From positions 62,001 through 126,000 of the forward strand of contig NW_021832605.1 in assembly GCF_006345805.1 (NCBI RefSeq): a stretch of DNA of 64,000 bases, given 5' to 3'. This document shows positions 10,556-23,485 of this stretch, in pieces; positions within the stretch are counted from its first letter, which is position 1, and each line of letters starts with the position of its first letter. The notes under the pieces were generated by a model. The model saw only the letters and a program-made list of their open reading frames with translations, was not told where the DNA came from and ran no database searches. Both the position numbers and the translations under genes were made by a program. The DNA comes from Octopus sinensis. Lineage: Eukaryota.

Positions 10556-12552
10556 ATGGCTTACGACGTAGAGAATGCGGTAGTATTTATGCGAAATGCG
10601 ATAGAAATTAAATATATTAATAAAGCACGGTTTGAACGCGGAAACATGCCCAAAGAACCAAAAACCTCAGAAGAAGATAAAAAGCTAAAGAAATCAAAAA
10701 CTCCGGGAAAGTCAAAAGGACTTTCGCGAAGCAAGACGACTCAGATAGCAGTAAGTGTGGTCTCCAGTGTAAGTACTCCCAAATAATCTTTCTGATGAGA
10801 ATATTTATTTGACATTTTAGGAAGATACTCAGTCGAAGGAGGTTCCGCCAATGGTAGGAGTCTTAATGTGTAATCCTAGTCCCCCAAATCGCTGAAAATA
10901 GACGACAATCCAGTTATTTCTTTACTCGATTTGGACTTAGAAAAGTAAATTAGCACATTTGGTCGATGAGTTTGTTGACACAGAGCAGATTTATATCAAA
11001 AAACTAGAACTCCTCCAGGAAGTTATGTTTCCCTGAGAACCTTTAGGGGTACTACAAAACAATCAAGACAGACCCAGAAATACAAAAAAACATCCCCGAA
11101 AAAGATATTGCCGACATTTTTTCCAATCTGAGCAGCATTTACAACCTCCACAAAGAATTCGTTTTCCCAGAGTTGACAGAATGCTCAAACAAACCGTACG
11201 TGGGTTCCTGCTGACCCTTAGAGAAGAAGAAATTTCATTTGGACAACTGTTCAAAGAGAAGGCCCCGTTTATGAAGCTATACTCACAGTTTCTCACCTCC
11301 TTTGATACTTCCGTCAAACTTATTACCGAATACAAGAAAAAAAATTCTCACTTTTGCACTCTCCTGAACAAAATAAAAGACTCATCTGAAAACCCGGGAC
11401 TCTCTATTGAAGATCACATGCTCGAATTGGTGCAAAGAGTGCCCCGATATGAACTCCTCCTCAAAAGTATGGTCGAGTTGAATCATTCAGGGTACATGGA
11501 AGAACTTCCACCGCAACACAAGGACATTAAGCCCACAAAAGGTACCCTTCTCTGCTTATTAGTTAGATGCCATGGAACTGATTGTGTCTGCTGTCGCTCA
11601 CACAGATAAGAATATGCTCATTTATGTAGACCTTCGGGGTAACTCTTAGAAACAATTTGAGAATGTGATTACAACCAAATCACTCATTCTTGGGGCTACC
11701 CAGACATTCTACGAAAACACAACTGCGTTTGTTTACGAGTCTCCCATATCCCGACAGGTCAAGGGTCGGTCAGAAAAGTCAGCTTATATATTTCTGGTCA
11801 GCCGGGAGTCTCACTTTTAGACCAACGAACACATCCTTATGTGTGTCAAGAACTCGAACGGGACCTACAAAGTGACAGATGAGTTAGTCAACGACAATAT
11901 CCAGCACTTTGGGGACTGTCCCAATTCGGTCGAGGTCAATAGTTTGTACATCGCGGATCTCCATAAAAAGATATACTTAACTTGCGGGTTGTGCTAGATT
12001 TTTTCACGTGCAGTTCTTACAAGGAAAAGATTGGGTTGCTAGAGGTGAGTGAAATCATTGTCTTTTAATGCTAGAAATTTGAGCAGGTACTGGGCACAGA
12101 CAAGAAACTTTCAGACAAAGAAGAAAGTACACGCATCTCTTATGTAATTGTGTCAAAATAACCTGCCAGTTCACTCTATTTAAGGAAACGAGCGAAAACA
12201 TTGTCAAATGGGGGTTCGTCTCAGTCACCAGCGAAAGCAAAAACGAAAACTGGGCAGAAACAGTGGCCATTTGCACAATGAAGAGTCTATACTTGTATGG
12301 TTGTCAGAACGTCAAGAACAAAAGCAATCTCGAATACTTGATTTCGGTGTGTTGGCGAAGGTTAATTGTAGAACAACGACTTGATGATGATCATCAACCT
12401 CAAAAAGAGTTCCAAGATGAACGATTACAGACAATTCCAAACTGAGCTTAGAAATCGTACAATCAGAGTGAGGATCAAGTTTGCGAGTCGAGAAGAGTTT
12501 GACGGGTTTGTGAATGTCTAATCTCCCAAGGTGGAGGAAGGTGCTCATATAG
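10556..12552 (+). CDS. FGD: FGD-family RhoGEF (DH-PH-PH, no FYVE)
   Basis: Spliced DH domain: DEFVDTEQIYIKKLELL..IFSNLSSI..APFMKLY..HMLELVQRVPRYELLLK..LPP; two PH domains, ending KFASREEFDG|WRKVLI*. Introns 25-30 nt plus one of 70 nt. Confidence 0.85.
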
Positions 12553-12905
12553 GACTGCCATGGATTGATTTTTTTGGATAATTTGATTTATTAGTTTACT
12601 TTTTGTAGACAGCATACAATCTATAACTCAAATCCTCTGAGTAAATCGAGGTCAATCAATAGCATTCCGATGGAATGAAAATATTCAATTACTTTGTTTA
12701 TAAGTAGAAAATATGTTATAGAGAATATACCCAGTGCAGGTGTTGTTTAAGAATATGTTCTTGGCCAATGACAAGCAATTTGGTTAATTAGTTGAATATT
12801 GGAAACCAACTTTGCATAAATTCCGGAAATAATTATGAAAGGAGCGTTAAAGCAGCGAGAGAATGCGCGTCACATAAAATAAGGTCGTACGTCCAATTGT
12901 CAGAA

Positions 12906-13525
12906 ATGCCCAAGCGTCTCAAAATTGTGACCGTTGGTGACGGTGGATGTGGAAAGACATGTATGCTGCAGACATTTGCCAACGGAGCATATCCCACAGA
13001 ATACGTGCCCACTGTTTTCGAGACATATATCACCGAAATGCTCGTTGACGATGAAAAAGTATTGCACAGTCTGCTGACTGCAGGTCGAAATCGCCTTGTG
13101 GGACACTGCTGGACAGGAGGACTATGACAGACTACGACCTCTCTCTTACCCTGACACGGACGTGGCCCTCTTGTGCTTCGACATCGCAGACGAAGGATCA
13201 TTTGCTAACATTACGGAAAAGTGGATGCCAGAGGTCCTGTTGTCTCAATACCTCAGATTCGTCTATTCCTCAAAGAAAAAGTGTTTCTGATTGGGACAAA
13301 GTGCGACCAAAGGAATAATAAGGATTTAAATTGCATTTCTGAGGAAAGGGGGAAAGCTCTAGCAACGAAGATTGGAGCCGTTGGGTACCCTAATATTTAC
13401 TCACGCGTAGATATATCGAGTGCTCTGCTATGGAACAATACAACTTGCAACACATATTTGAGAGTGCTGTTCGCATATCCAAAAAATCGTCTGGAAGAAG
13501 CAAGCTCAAGTGCAGCCTCCTTTAA
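12906..13525 (+). CDS. RHOA: RhoA-like small GTPase
   Basis: [41 protein letters not shown]-terminal CSLL CAAX box; three introns of 25, 23 and 26 nt. Confidence 0.92.
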
Positions 13526-13644
13526 TTAGCACGTCCTATTAGCTCACTCTCACATGCGTAATTATTCCGGATATTATTTTATTCTCTCCTTCCTAGCAAT
13601 TATCAACAATTCACACAGAGAGCACATTACTAGTAAAGTCTAAG

Positions 13645-15217
13645 TTAATAGAATGCTTTCCTCCGTCCATAAAACTGTCACAGTGACACTTACTCCTCAC
13701 CCTCTCAGATTGATCTTGTCCTTCAAGTCCTCTTCTCACTATTTCGCGCTTTCTTTCAAGGTCTTTGGTCTCTTTCTCGCTTTCCTTCCGTCTCTCCTCA
13801 GTCTGACGAGCCTGTTCCTCTCTTTTCCACTCGATCTAAAGTCTCTCTACCACCTGTGCCTGCTTCTCCAAATCTCGATAAGTTTCACGAGCCCTTCGCT
13901 GTGTCTCCGCCTTTTCGAAACCTTCGGATTGTCTTATCTTCTCGATCTCAGAGACCATTTTATCCATGTCTTTCTCTTCCTGCAGTCTCTCTGTCCTTAT
14001 TTTCTCCAATTTGTGGTTGATCTGCTCAGACCGTTCCCTCAAAACCTTATCGAGGAAAGACATGTCACTGTACCTCGTTCAATAAGCTGTCTCTGGCCTT
14101 CCGTTCTCTTTCCCACACTTTCTCACGTTCTTCCCACATTCGGAGTGCCTCGTGACTGACTTTAGACCAAAGTAATACTTTTGAATAAGTTCTAGTTCCT
14201 TTTCTCGGGCTTTCTCAAGTTCCGACTGCTTGTTAAACACGTCGAGCATCCATTCAGCATCCGCCTTGCTTCTTTCCTTCTCCTCTGTCCTTCTGAGTGA
14301 CTCCTCTTTCTCTTTCCGTGCCAACATGGTGAGCAACTGTTTATCGTCCTCCTATCAACAATCATCGACAATGCCCACAAGATCTTGCTTGATCTGTCTA
14401 GAACGGTCTCGCATTTTGGCTATTTGCTGTGCCTTCAATGTCTCCCTTCAGTCAGTCCACATCACTACCCGAGTTCTATTTTTTTGGCATGAAGTTGTCT
14501 CTCCTTCCTTTCCTCTTCCACGATTTGAACCTTTCGAATCTGCTCTAAGAGGACTCTTTCTTGATCATCCAATTCCTTGCACTACGCCACTCAATGAGGA
14601 GAAAAGACCTTCACTGACTTTAAGTTTAACTCTTCTATTTGTTGGTCAAGCAGACGTCGCAGATCTCGCTTTCTTTCCAGACATTTCTCTCTTTCCTCCA
14701 CCTCCTGCGACCGCTCAGCTTCTTCCTTTGCACGTCGAATAGCCTCTTCTTGTAGACGCTCTTCATACTCCAGAATTTCTCTCTATTGTGATTTCAGGGC
14801 AAAACTTGTCTTTTTTGTTCTATTTGAGAGGCCCAGTCCTCGGCGATTTTTAGTGTGGTTTGTCGGGACCTCTCTTGGTGGAACTCAGGGTTGTTCTCGA
14901 TAAATTGTGAGTACAACTTTTCTTCGACAAACTGAAGGGGTTAGAACAATCCTGGTTACTGCCAGTCTTCGTTGTTCGCGAGAGTTTTTTAATTCTGCGA
15001 TTCTTTTTTTCATTGTTGAAGTATTTTGGCGAGGAAATTCTCGTTCGGACATTTCTCTTTCATACTGAAGGTTCTCTTCGTGTAACAGTCTGGCCAAGGC
15101 TAGTTTTCGTCTGCTTGTATGTAAACTGTCAATGTCTTCGCTGACTGAGAAAGGACAGCCTCTCATCTCACGTTTTCTGTCCACTTTTCCCGGTCTCATC
15201 GTTTCTATGGATATCAT
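13645..15217 (-). CDS. TCHP: Trichoplein (TPH-domain centriolar/ciliary coiled-coil protein)
   Basis: Spliced frame is open through 23-28 nt introns. RRKLALARLLHEE..EEKLYSQFIENNPE and EALRMWEEREKVWERERKARDSLLNEV match TCHP; ends FYGRRKAFY*. CFAP53 is the less likely paralogue. Confidence 0.78.
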
Positions 15218-15452
15218 TTTACAGTTTCTTTGAAAATATTAATTACTATTAATTACTTATAAAATATTTTCAAGTTATGTATTAATTTAATCAATTCAAG
15301 TAGGAGACCGTTGACGTAATAAAAATTAAGTACAGTAACCTAAACCATGTGGTGTCACTTAATTATAACAAATCAATGCCACGATGACCATCGCATAAAT
15401 TATTTGCAGCTGTAGGTAGTCTATATAAGATTTATGTCAAATTTGTCAAATA

Positions 15453-15953
15453 ATGCTGTCTGTACTTTTCTTTTTTATTACACTGCCCTCTTCCAGCACA
15501 GAGTCCTGCAAATCTAATAATGACTTGATGGTGTGCACGAAATCACTAGAAGAGGACTTTAAGCTATCTTGCCCTCCCAACATATCCAAATTGTTATTAT
15601 TTTCAATCTTTAAGTTTAAGAGTCGTAGAGGAGACGTCCGTAAGAAAAATCAGAAAATCAAAATCCTCTCCAAATTGTGCACACATCAAAACAATGTAAA
15701 ATTATTAAAAATAAGCGTCAGAATTTTTCAGAACGTGAAGGCGAAATATGTCGGATTCAAGGCGTTCAAGGCCTTTCCGAATGTCCACACAATGTAGTGA
15801 GGTTGTTTGTGTTTTAGCCAGTTCATTAACTCGGACATTAAGTTGCTAAGAAAAAATTCTTTTGAGGGACTGAGAAATATCAAATACATGTATGTCAGCT
15901 TAATTTTCAATTATCGTAGAAGAATGGATAATTCAAAAATTAATTTAATATAG
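15453..15953 (+). CDS. Short or truncated secreted LRR protein, LGR/glycoprotein-hormone-receptor-like ectodomain
   Basis: Signal peptide, Cys cap, then LRR exons each ended by a phase-2 intron (22, 20, 24, 30 nt), e.g. QFINSDIKLLRKNSFEGLRNIKYI; stop inside the fourth repeat. Confidence 0.6.
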
Positions 15954-16290
15954 TTAGAAATGTAATCACAACATTTACCAGACTAATCTACTCTTTATTT
16001 TTAAATAACATTGAGTGGTAGATTCTTGAATTAAAGAGCCATCAAATTATTAATATACTAGTAGAGGAGAATCCTTTTACATAATATATCTTCGTATACA
16101 TATGTTTAAAGAACGTTATTAGTGTTAATTCTAACTTTTCGGACAACCCTTTCCCCATCATTATTTTTCCAAATATTTTTTAGCATTTTTTGTTTAGCTA
16201 CGGCTATGCTCGCCTACTTAAAATTTTATTTTTACCAGATTAAATCTAATTAATTAAAAATTCAACAATTTTTTTACTTTAATCCTTATT

Positions 16291-17112
16291 ATGACTGACT
16301 TTGAACTGCTTAAAAGCCAAAGAGGTGGCAAACTTTTACTACACCGGAACTATGTGTATAATACAGATAGAAAAAAAGACGGTCTTACCTATTGGAGGTG
16401 CAGAAATCGAGAATGCAGGGAGAATGCTCATAATCATGGCCCCTTTGAGGATCATGAGATAAAAAGTATGAAACTAGTTTTTGACCTGAAAGATGCCGCA
16501 AAGGCGTCAGAGGACAGAACTATGAATGTGGTGTCAAGAAGCCTCATTGGAGCCAATGTTGACGTCATTAAAATCTTGCCAAAAGAACGTTCATTGACTC
16601 GTCTCGTTCAACGGGAAAGAGAAACACTGATACCAAATTTTGTTCCGACCATTCCTGAAATTCCTGAAAGTTTGTGGTATAATGATCGGGGCGAAATTTT
16701 TTATCGCAAGGATTCTGAAATTAATGATGTAAATCGTTACGTCATTTTTTATTCGGATTATCAGGTTGACATTTTGAGAAAATCAATTTATTGCTGACCT
16801 ATCTTATGACGTCAGTTTTTGGAGTCGTTTTCATCGGGTATTAAAGTCAATGCCCAGGACGACCAATTCATTGGAAGGTTGGCATAAGCGCACCCAAATT
16901 TGGCAGCTTTTGTCAATGTTTTGGCCAGGGAAGAACAAAGACTTTTTGTGAAAATGACACAAATTAAGTCAGGAAGGTATCTTGAAGTGTCTGCGACAGA
17001 CTGCAAAAAAGAACTTGAACTGAGAATAGCATGTGAAAATTTTCATGAATTTGAAGTAGATTGCTATTTTAAGCTAATTGATAGTTTGATTTGCTTTAAA
17101 AGTTCAGAATAA
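16291..17112 (+). mobile_element. FLYWCH-MULE transposase, internal deletion derivative
   Basis: KSQRGGKLLLHRNYVY..YWRC FLYWCH domain, then a jump to the C-terminal RTTNSLEGWH motif; DDE core absent. Confidence 0.8.
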
Positions 17113-17596
17113 AAAGTAATTGTTTTAAAATTTTATTTTATTTACCCTTAAAATATTTTTCTTCGTAGACGAGTTGTCGCTCAACGTTAGTGGAAAGCTT
17201 TGTACTCATATTATTGGTGGTAAACCATGTCCAAGCCATGTAATCCTCCACGTCATTTTTAAATCCCGATATTGTCTTAGTTTAGTCGTCCACTGAGACA
17301 AACCCCCGTTAAACTACCAAAAATCTCAGCAGAAAGAATCACAGGCTTCAGTCAATTAAGTTATAGTAAATTTCCTGACCATTGTTGCTAATTAGTTCCT
17401 ATTAAAATGTGTTTTATTAACAAAGTATATACTCAAAGTAGTCCTGATTGTACAAAGAAATTAAATTTTCAAGAAGAGTGCCTTCTTTATTTCTTAAACT
17501 AAGTCAGAATCTGAAAATAACATTTTTTATTGATGTCATTACTAGTAAGAGCATCTACACTAAATCCTCTTACCTGGATTGCTGATTTTCTGTTGT

Positions 17597-17662
17597 AAAA
17601 AAACGTTAACGACGGGAATCGAACCCAGGCCCTACAATCAGATTTAATCACCACTCATTCAA
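17597..17662 (-). other. tRNA-derived fragment (B-box) or SINE remnant
   Basis: GGGTTCGATTCCC T-loop, weak A-box and a downstream T run; no valid anticodon or acceptor stem. Confidence 0.3.
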
Positions 17663-17713
17663 TAAATAAACCACAAATTTATAACAAATCAAAAGAGTAA
17701 TTAATAAATCAAT

Positions 17714-18408
<695 letters not shown>

Positions 18409-18496
18409 TAATGTATTTTTAATCCTTTATTATTCTAATTAGGACCAACCGTACAGAAATAAATTATTAAATTGAATATTATTAATAAATATTATA

Positions 18497-21030
18497 TTAA
18501 TAACCAAATTTGTTAGTTTTCAAATATCTCTCATATTCGAGTGTGAGCTGATTAAGCAAATCTCCGAGGTCATTTTCACTCTGAGAACCCTAAAATATTA
18601 AAATAGATCCCCACATTCTCTAAAATGTCGTTATATCTGTCGGAGTACTCGTCGAAAACTTTTTGAAACCTGACCAGTCCTTCGTAGGTGTCTGCACTGG
18701 ATTGCAAAAGTTGCTCCACCAAGTTTGTGAGGAAACTCACCTTCTGTGCAACAATCGCAAAATCATGTCTTGAAACGAAATCTACTGTTTTTGTATCTGG
18801 ACTAGAATGAGGAACGTCCTCCTCTTTGTCTAGGAAAGTGAGTAACGTCCCAACCTCTCCTTCGTGGGGTTTTGAAAGAGGATATCACGGAAATGTCCTC
18901 AGCATACAAATCGTTCTTCAATTTCATTATTTCTGCATTGTCGAGAACTCTGTCCTTTCCGGTCATATATTTGGAAAAGAGTGCCTCAATCTCCAGATCA
19001 GAGTAGCACAGTCTACATCTTAAAAAAGGGATCTACTGTCGAAGGTCGAGTCTGAGAGATTCAAATTCAAGTAGAGAATCGTCCATGTTTTTTCCGAAGA
19101 AGATTTTTTTTAAGTGGAGCATGTGATTGGTCCCGTTCTGAAAGCGACTGAGGAGTTGGCGGTATTTCTACAAGTTAGGAGTGAATTAAGGACTTGTCGG
19201 ATGAGTTTTCCGATTTCAAAATCGTTTGTTTTATCACCGCTTTCGTCCTTGACTTCCTGATAAGAGTCGTTGATAATTGCCAAAAACATATTCAGCAGAA
19301 TATAAAACACAAAAAACACGTAAAGGAAGAAATAGATTGGTCCCAAAACTCGATTGGCCGACTCTAGTTCATAGTAGTTAAAGTCCCCGAGGATGACTCT
19401 GAATTGAGTAAACCTGCCGTAGAGGAGGTCGAGGGACTGACAAGGCGTCGGTGACGGACTTGAAGGTCTCCAACTTAGAGCCAAAAAGTAAATATGCAAG
19501 TTGTGCGAAGGCTCCAAAAACAATGAAGAACATGGCAAAAAACCCGACAATGTCCTTGGCTCCGCGGGAAATGGTCTCGGAGAACTGGGCCAGAGTTTTG
19601 TTGAAGCTGACATATTTGAATAACTGCGCTCAGTTTAGGAAATACTTTTATCCAAATTACGAACAGGTTTATGGCCACCAAATCGTCGAACACGGCCTGC
19701 CAATGTGAGACGGACTCAAAGTTGTGGAATTTCACGTTATGCAAGTTCTGAAGCAGTTTTTTAATAGCAAAGTATCTCTTCACGTTGAGAACTGCACAGG
19801 CAATACTCAATCCGATCACGGAAATGTCCAGAAGGTTCCACACATTGAAAAAGTACCCAATTCCTCTGCTGGTGATCTAAACTGCTATTTGTCACTCAAC
19901 CTCGATGGTTTCCTCCACAATGTAGTAAATGATAAAAAATGCAAGAATAATTTCACAAACCATCACGACTCGGTCCATCTTCGAAAGATACCGGATCAGT
20001 TTCTGTGAAATAAAGTGACTCCTCGGAATGACTCCACCAGTCAACGGGAATTCAGCTACCAGACTAATCGTGGTGACCACAACTCTACCTCACGGCAGAA
20101 AACAGGTTAATGTTTGCGTTGTATATTGTAAACTCTATCAAAACACCCGCAGTCAGTCGGTCTATCCAGGAATTTTTTTCCAAGGAAGTTATAAGCTTCA
20201 TTGACTCAACTTTGGTGGAGGACAAGTCCTGGACGTATCCCCCTCCACTAAATTTCACGATCGTCCCCGAGGTTGCCAATCCGCCCAGAATTTCGGAGGT
20301 TTGGTAGATCCATCTATTTTTATTGACAGACACAAACGCAGTTTCTTTCTGTAGGCCGAAAGGCTGTCGGTTTTCACTAGAAAGGCTATATTCCTGCAGA
20401 CAATTCTCAAAGTAACTCCAAAATCCAGCTCTTCCTGCACAGGAGTAATTCTGTCTTCGAAGCTGCCTCAGTCGAGCTAGTCCAATCAAGACATTTTCGC
20501 TGAGGATATATCCCTTTTCCGACTCTGTGAGGGGACGCTGGTTGTATAATTTGTCCTCAAATAGTCCTTCCATCAATCGAGTCTTTGTATACTAAATTGG
20601 TTGCAGAGACTAACCCTCCACCAGTCCTCTTCTGATGTGATCGCCAGGAAAGAATTGGGGTCATTGGTCCCTGCGAATAGTTCTGTGAGCGAGTTGGTCA
20701 TGTAAAAGCTGTTGCTCTCCGTGGACATAAGAGCGGCTATTGTAAGCAAAATAAACAACCCAGCGTGAAAAGTGTCAAAAATGTGATGTAAATAAAAAGT
20801 TCCCTTAACACTATTTTTTTGTACTTTGCACTGTCGGGACTGAGCTGTTCCATGTCTCTAGTTGACCAGAGCTCTATTAGCTATAATCAACTCTGTTTAC
20901 TTTTTATGACGTGCTTAAATTTTTCCAAAAATGTTTTTTTTGGATTGGAAAGATCTTGAGTTTCAGGTAAGACGTGGAAATATATTTCTGATTGCATGGC
21001 TGTGACGGAATCTGATCCATCTTCTTCCAT
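18497..21030 (-). CDS. PKD2: Polycystin-2 (TRPP) channel
   Basis: [31 protein letters not shown]|[38 protein letters not shown]; many 22-30 nt introns. Confidence 0.93.
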
Positions 21031-21967
21031 TTCTAATATCTATCCAGACTCGATATTTATACTCCAAAGCACTAATTGGCTACTCAAAAAATTCCCTTTG
21101 GCAATGTTGCAATTAAAGATGGGTGTTTTGTTTATTAAGAATATATTTTTGAAATTACTGTAACAGATTAACCCAGATATTGTAGGATTACTGCCACTTT
21201 GCATGCTTCACTACCCTAAGTTATTCACAAGAGAAGATTATGGTTCCCCTCTACAGCTACATATTCTCATTCCAAATAGAATTAAGCCACAAACACTGCG
21301 TTACAAGAATTTTGCAGAGAATGTGTTAGAACAAACTGTCGACATTTTTGTGGTCAAGTAGCTGTTTTTCTCAGCTATCAAAATTTTAAAGAGAAAATTT
21401 CCGATGTGCTTAGAATTCGCCATTTATTGACAGTCTTTGACAAAATAGGAGACAAACGAGGCCAGGTGGATAGCAAAAAGTTACCTCAATTTAAATACAA
21501 AATGTTACAATCACATATAACCTAATGGATGATACATACATAGTCACTCAACCAGCTAGAACGCAATATTTGTGAGTCCCTACTATGCGGAAATACCTTG
21601 AATATTAATTAAATCGCCTATGCAATGTACTAATTTCATTATTGATGGAGATTTTTCAGTTTGTGAGGACGTTTATTGGTCCCTTAATTTACTTAATGCT
21701 AATTAAATGTTTTATTATCTACTATAGACACAAAAATTCGTCACATAGTTTTTGTTTCTATGACCACTTGTGTACTATGGCAACTAATTAGTACATGGAG
21801 ACAGTCAACGGTGGTGATTCCACCAACCAACAGGAAAACTAGAAAAGAGCCGTTCTTAGACCTATTTAGATCGAGAATGTGAGGGTGGTCAACCAGCTAA
21901 CTCGATTTTCAGATAAGATCTAAAACCAAATGATAAGACTTAAGTCGAAATATAATAAAATCTAGAA

Positions 21968-22604
21968 TCACCAAAAACAACATCTCGATCTTTTCTTAGC
22001 GGGTTTAACTTGTGTCCGACGGGAGTGGGCAGTTTTTGTAAGCTCGTACAATTTCAGAAAAGCCTCGAATTAGTACTCTCATCCCACCTCACTTACGTTT
22101 TCACACGTTTTGGCCGATGTGAGGACATATGGACAATTCAAGTTCTTCGCCTTGTCCGTGAAATCTTCCAAATACTTGGGAGGATCGAGGTCCATTTTAT
22201 TCCCAACCAGTAAAATAGGAGTTTCTTCGCTCATTGGATTCATTCTAAACACCTCGTCCCTGAACGGAGCAAATCCAAAACAACCGATAATGTTCGAGGC
22301 TGTCGATACTCTCTTTGTTGGTGATGGAGCACACAACCATGTATCCGTGTCCTATTTTGATCATCATGGCTTGGACGTGTTCCAAAACTTCTTGTCCGGC
22401 AGTGTCCAGAATGTCAAAACAGTCTTCCTCTTGATCTGACAAATTTTTTCGGTACAAATCCTGTCTTGTGGGAATATACTCTTCAGTGAACTAAAATTAT
22501 GACAATATGTCCACCTCGTCGTACATGAACTGTAAGGTCAAAGCTGTTTTGCCAACTCCGCCCTTCCCGAGGATGACCAGTTTCAGCGGAAGTGAATTCT
22601 GCAT
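21968..22604 (-). CDS. RAL: Ral-like small GTPase (divergent)
   Basis: [18 protein letters not shown]|FTEEYIPT (Ral signature), DTAGQE, NKMD, TSAK, basic tail then CCFW*; three 24-25 nt introns. Confidence 0.8.
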
Positions 22605-22740
22605 TGTCTACAAAATTTTAGTCAAATAGAATGTTATGTGCAGTCAATCAGTATCCAACCAAATTTGCAAATCACACAAACCGACTGAAATCTATGAAAA
22701 TTCTGTCAACATTATAAAATAATTTGATAATTTTATTACT

Positions 22741-23440
22741 TTAATTTATTTCCAAATATTTTTCAAAATACAAAACAATCTCTTGACATTCCTTTTTTGC
22801 ACTTAATGTCTTTTTTACGTTTAATTTTCCCTGAATGTCAGAGGACTTTAAAATTTGTAAAAAACAACAACCCATACACAACCTCGCTAGAAACTTGTAT
22901 AAAAAGCTGCCTGCAAAAAACTGAAATGTCCGAATCATCTGGCAAAATCACCGATGGACTTGTTTTTCCGAATATTATAAAATTAGATTGAGATACAAAC
23001 CAAACTCTAAGAACTATTAAATTCTGTCACATTAAACTTAGCCCACTTCTGCTTCGTTCGAGGATAGTGGAAACCAGGCGGTTTTAGATTAAGAGAATTT
23101 TGATTTTATGATAAAGATCTCAGAAACACAGCAATTATACAATTCTGCATATTCTTCATTCATCAAGGTTTTCTTTGTACTGAGATCATAAATGAACTAC
23201 CAAATAACTAAAATGCCAAACATTGAATATCTGTTTCTACAGGCCGCATAATATAGACAAGTAAACTCTCGGAAAACATTCTCTACATCACTTGGAATAC
23301 CACAAACAGATTATTTGTCCTGTTCATAATCTAACTTTAAACACGATTCGACAACACAAGTTAACCCCAAATTCTGACCTATCTTAAGTAACTGGCAATC
23401 TCTTAATTTTTAAAAGATAATGGCAAAGGGGAATTTTGAT
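22741..23440 (-). other. Possible unidentified gene or pseudogene
   Basis: Coding-like stretches and micro-intron-like GT..AG pieces between co-oriented CDC27 and Ral; no complete frame could be built. Confidence 0.25.
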
Positions 23441-23485
23441 GTTTCTCGACAAAAATAAGCAATTCTGCAGACAAACATAAGAAAA

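Noticed and set aside
13653-14742. Long Leu/Ser-rich plus-strand ORFs (168 and 170 aa)
   Set aside because: Antisense shadows of the Glu/Arg/Lys-rich TCHP exons.
17569-17577. CTTACCTGG, resembling the U1 snRNA 5' end
   Set aside because: No U1 stem-loops or Sm site follow; chance match.
21165-21530. Plus-strand FAENVLEQTVDIF, resembling MON2 C-terminus
   Set aside because: The match is short and the frame cannot be extended without implausible introns.
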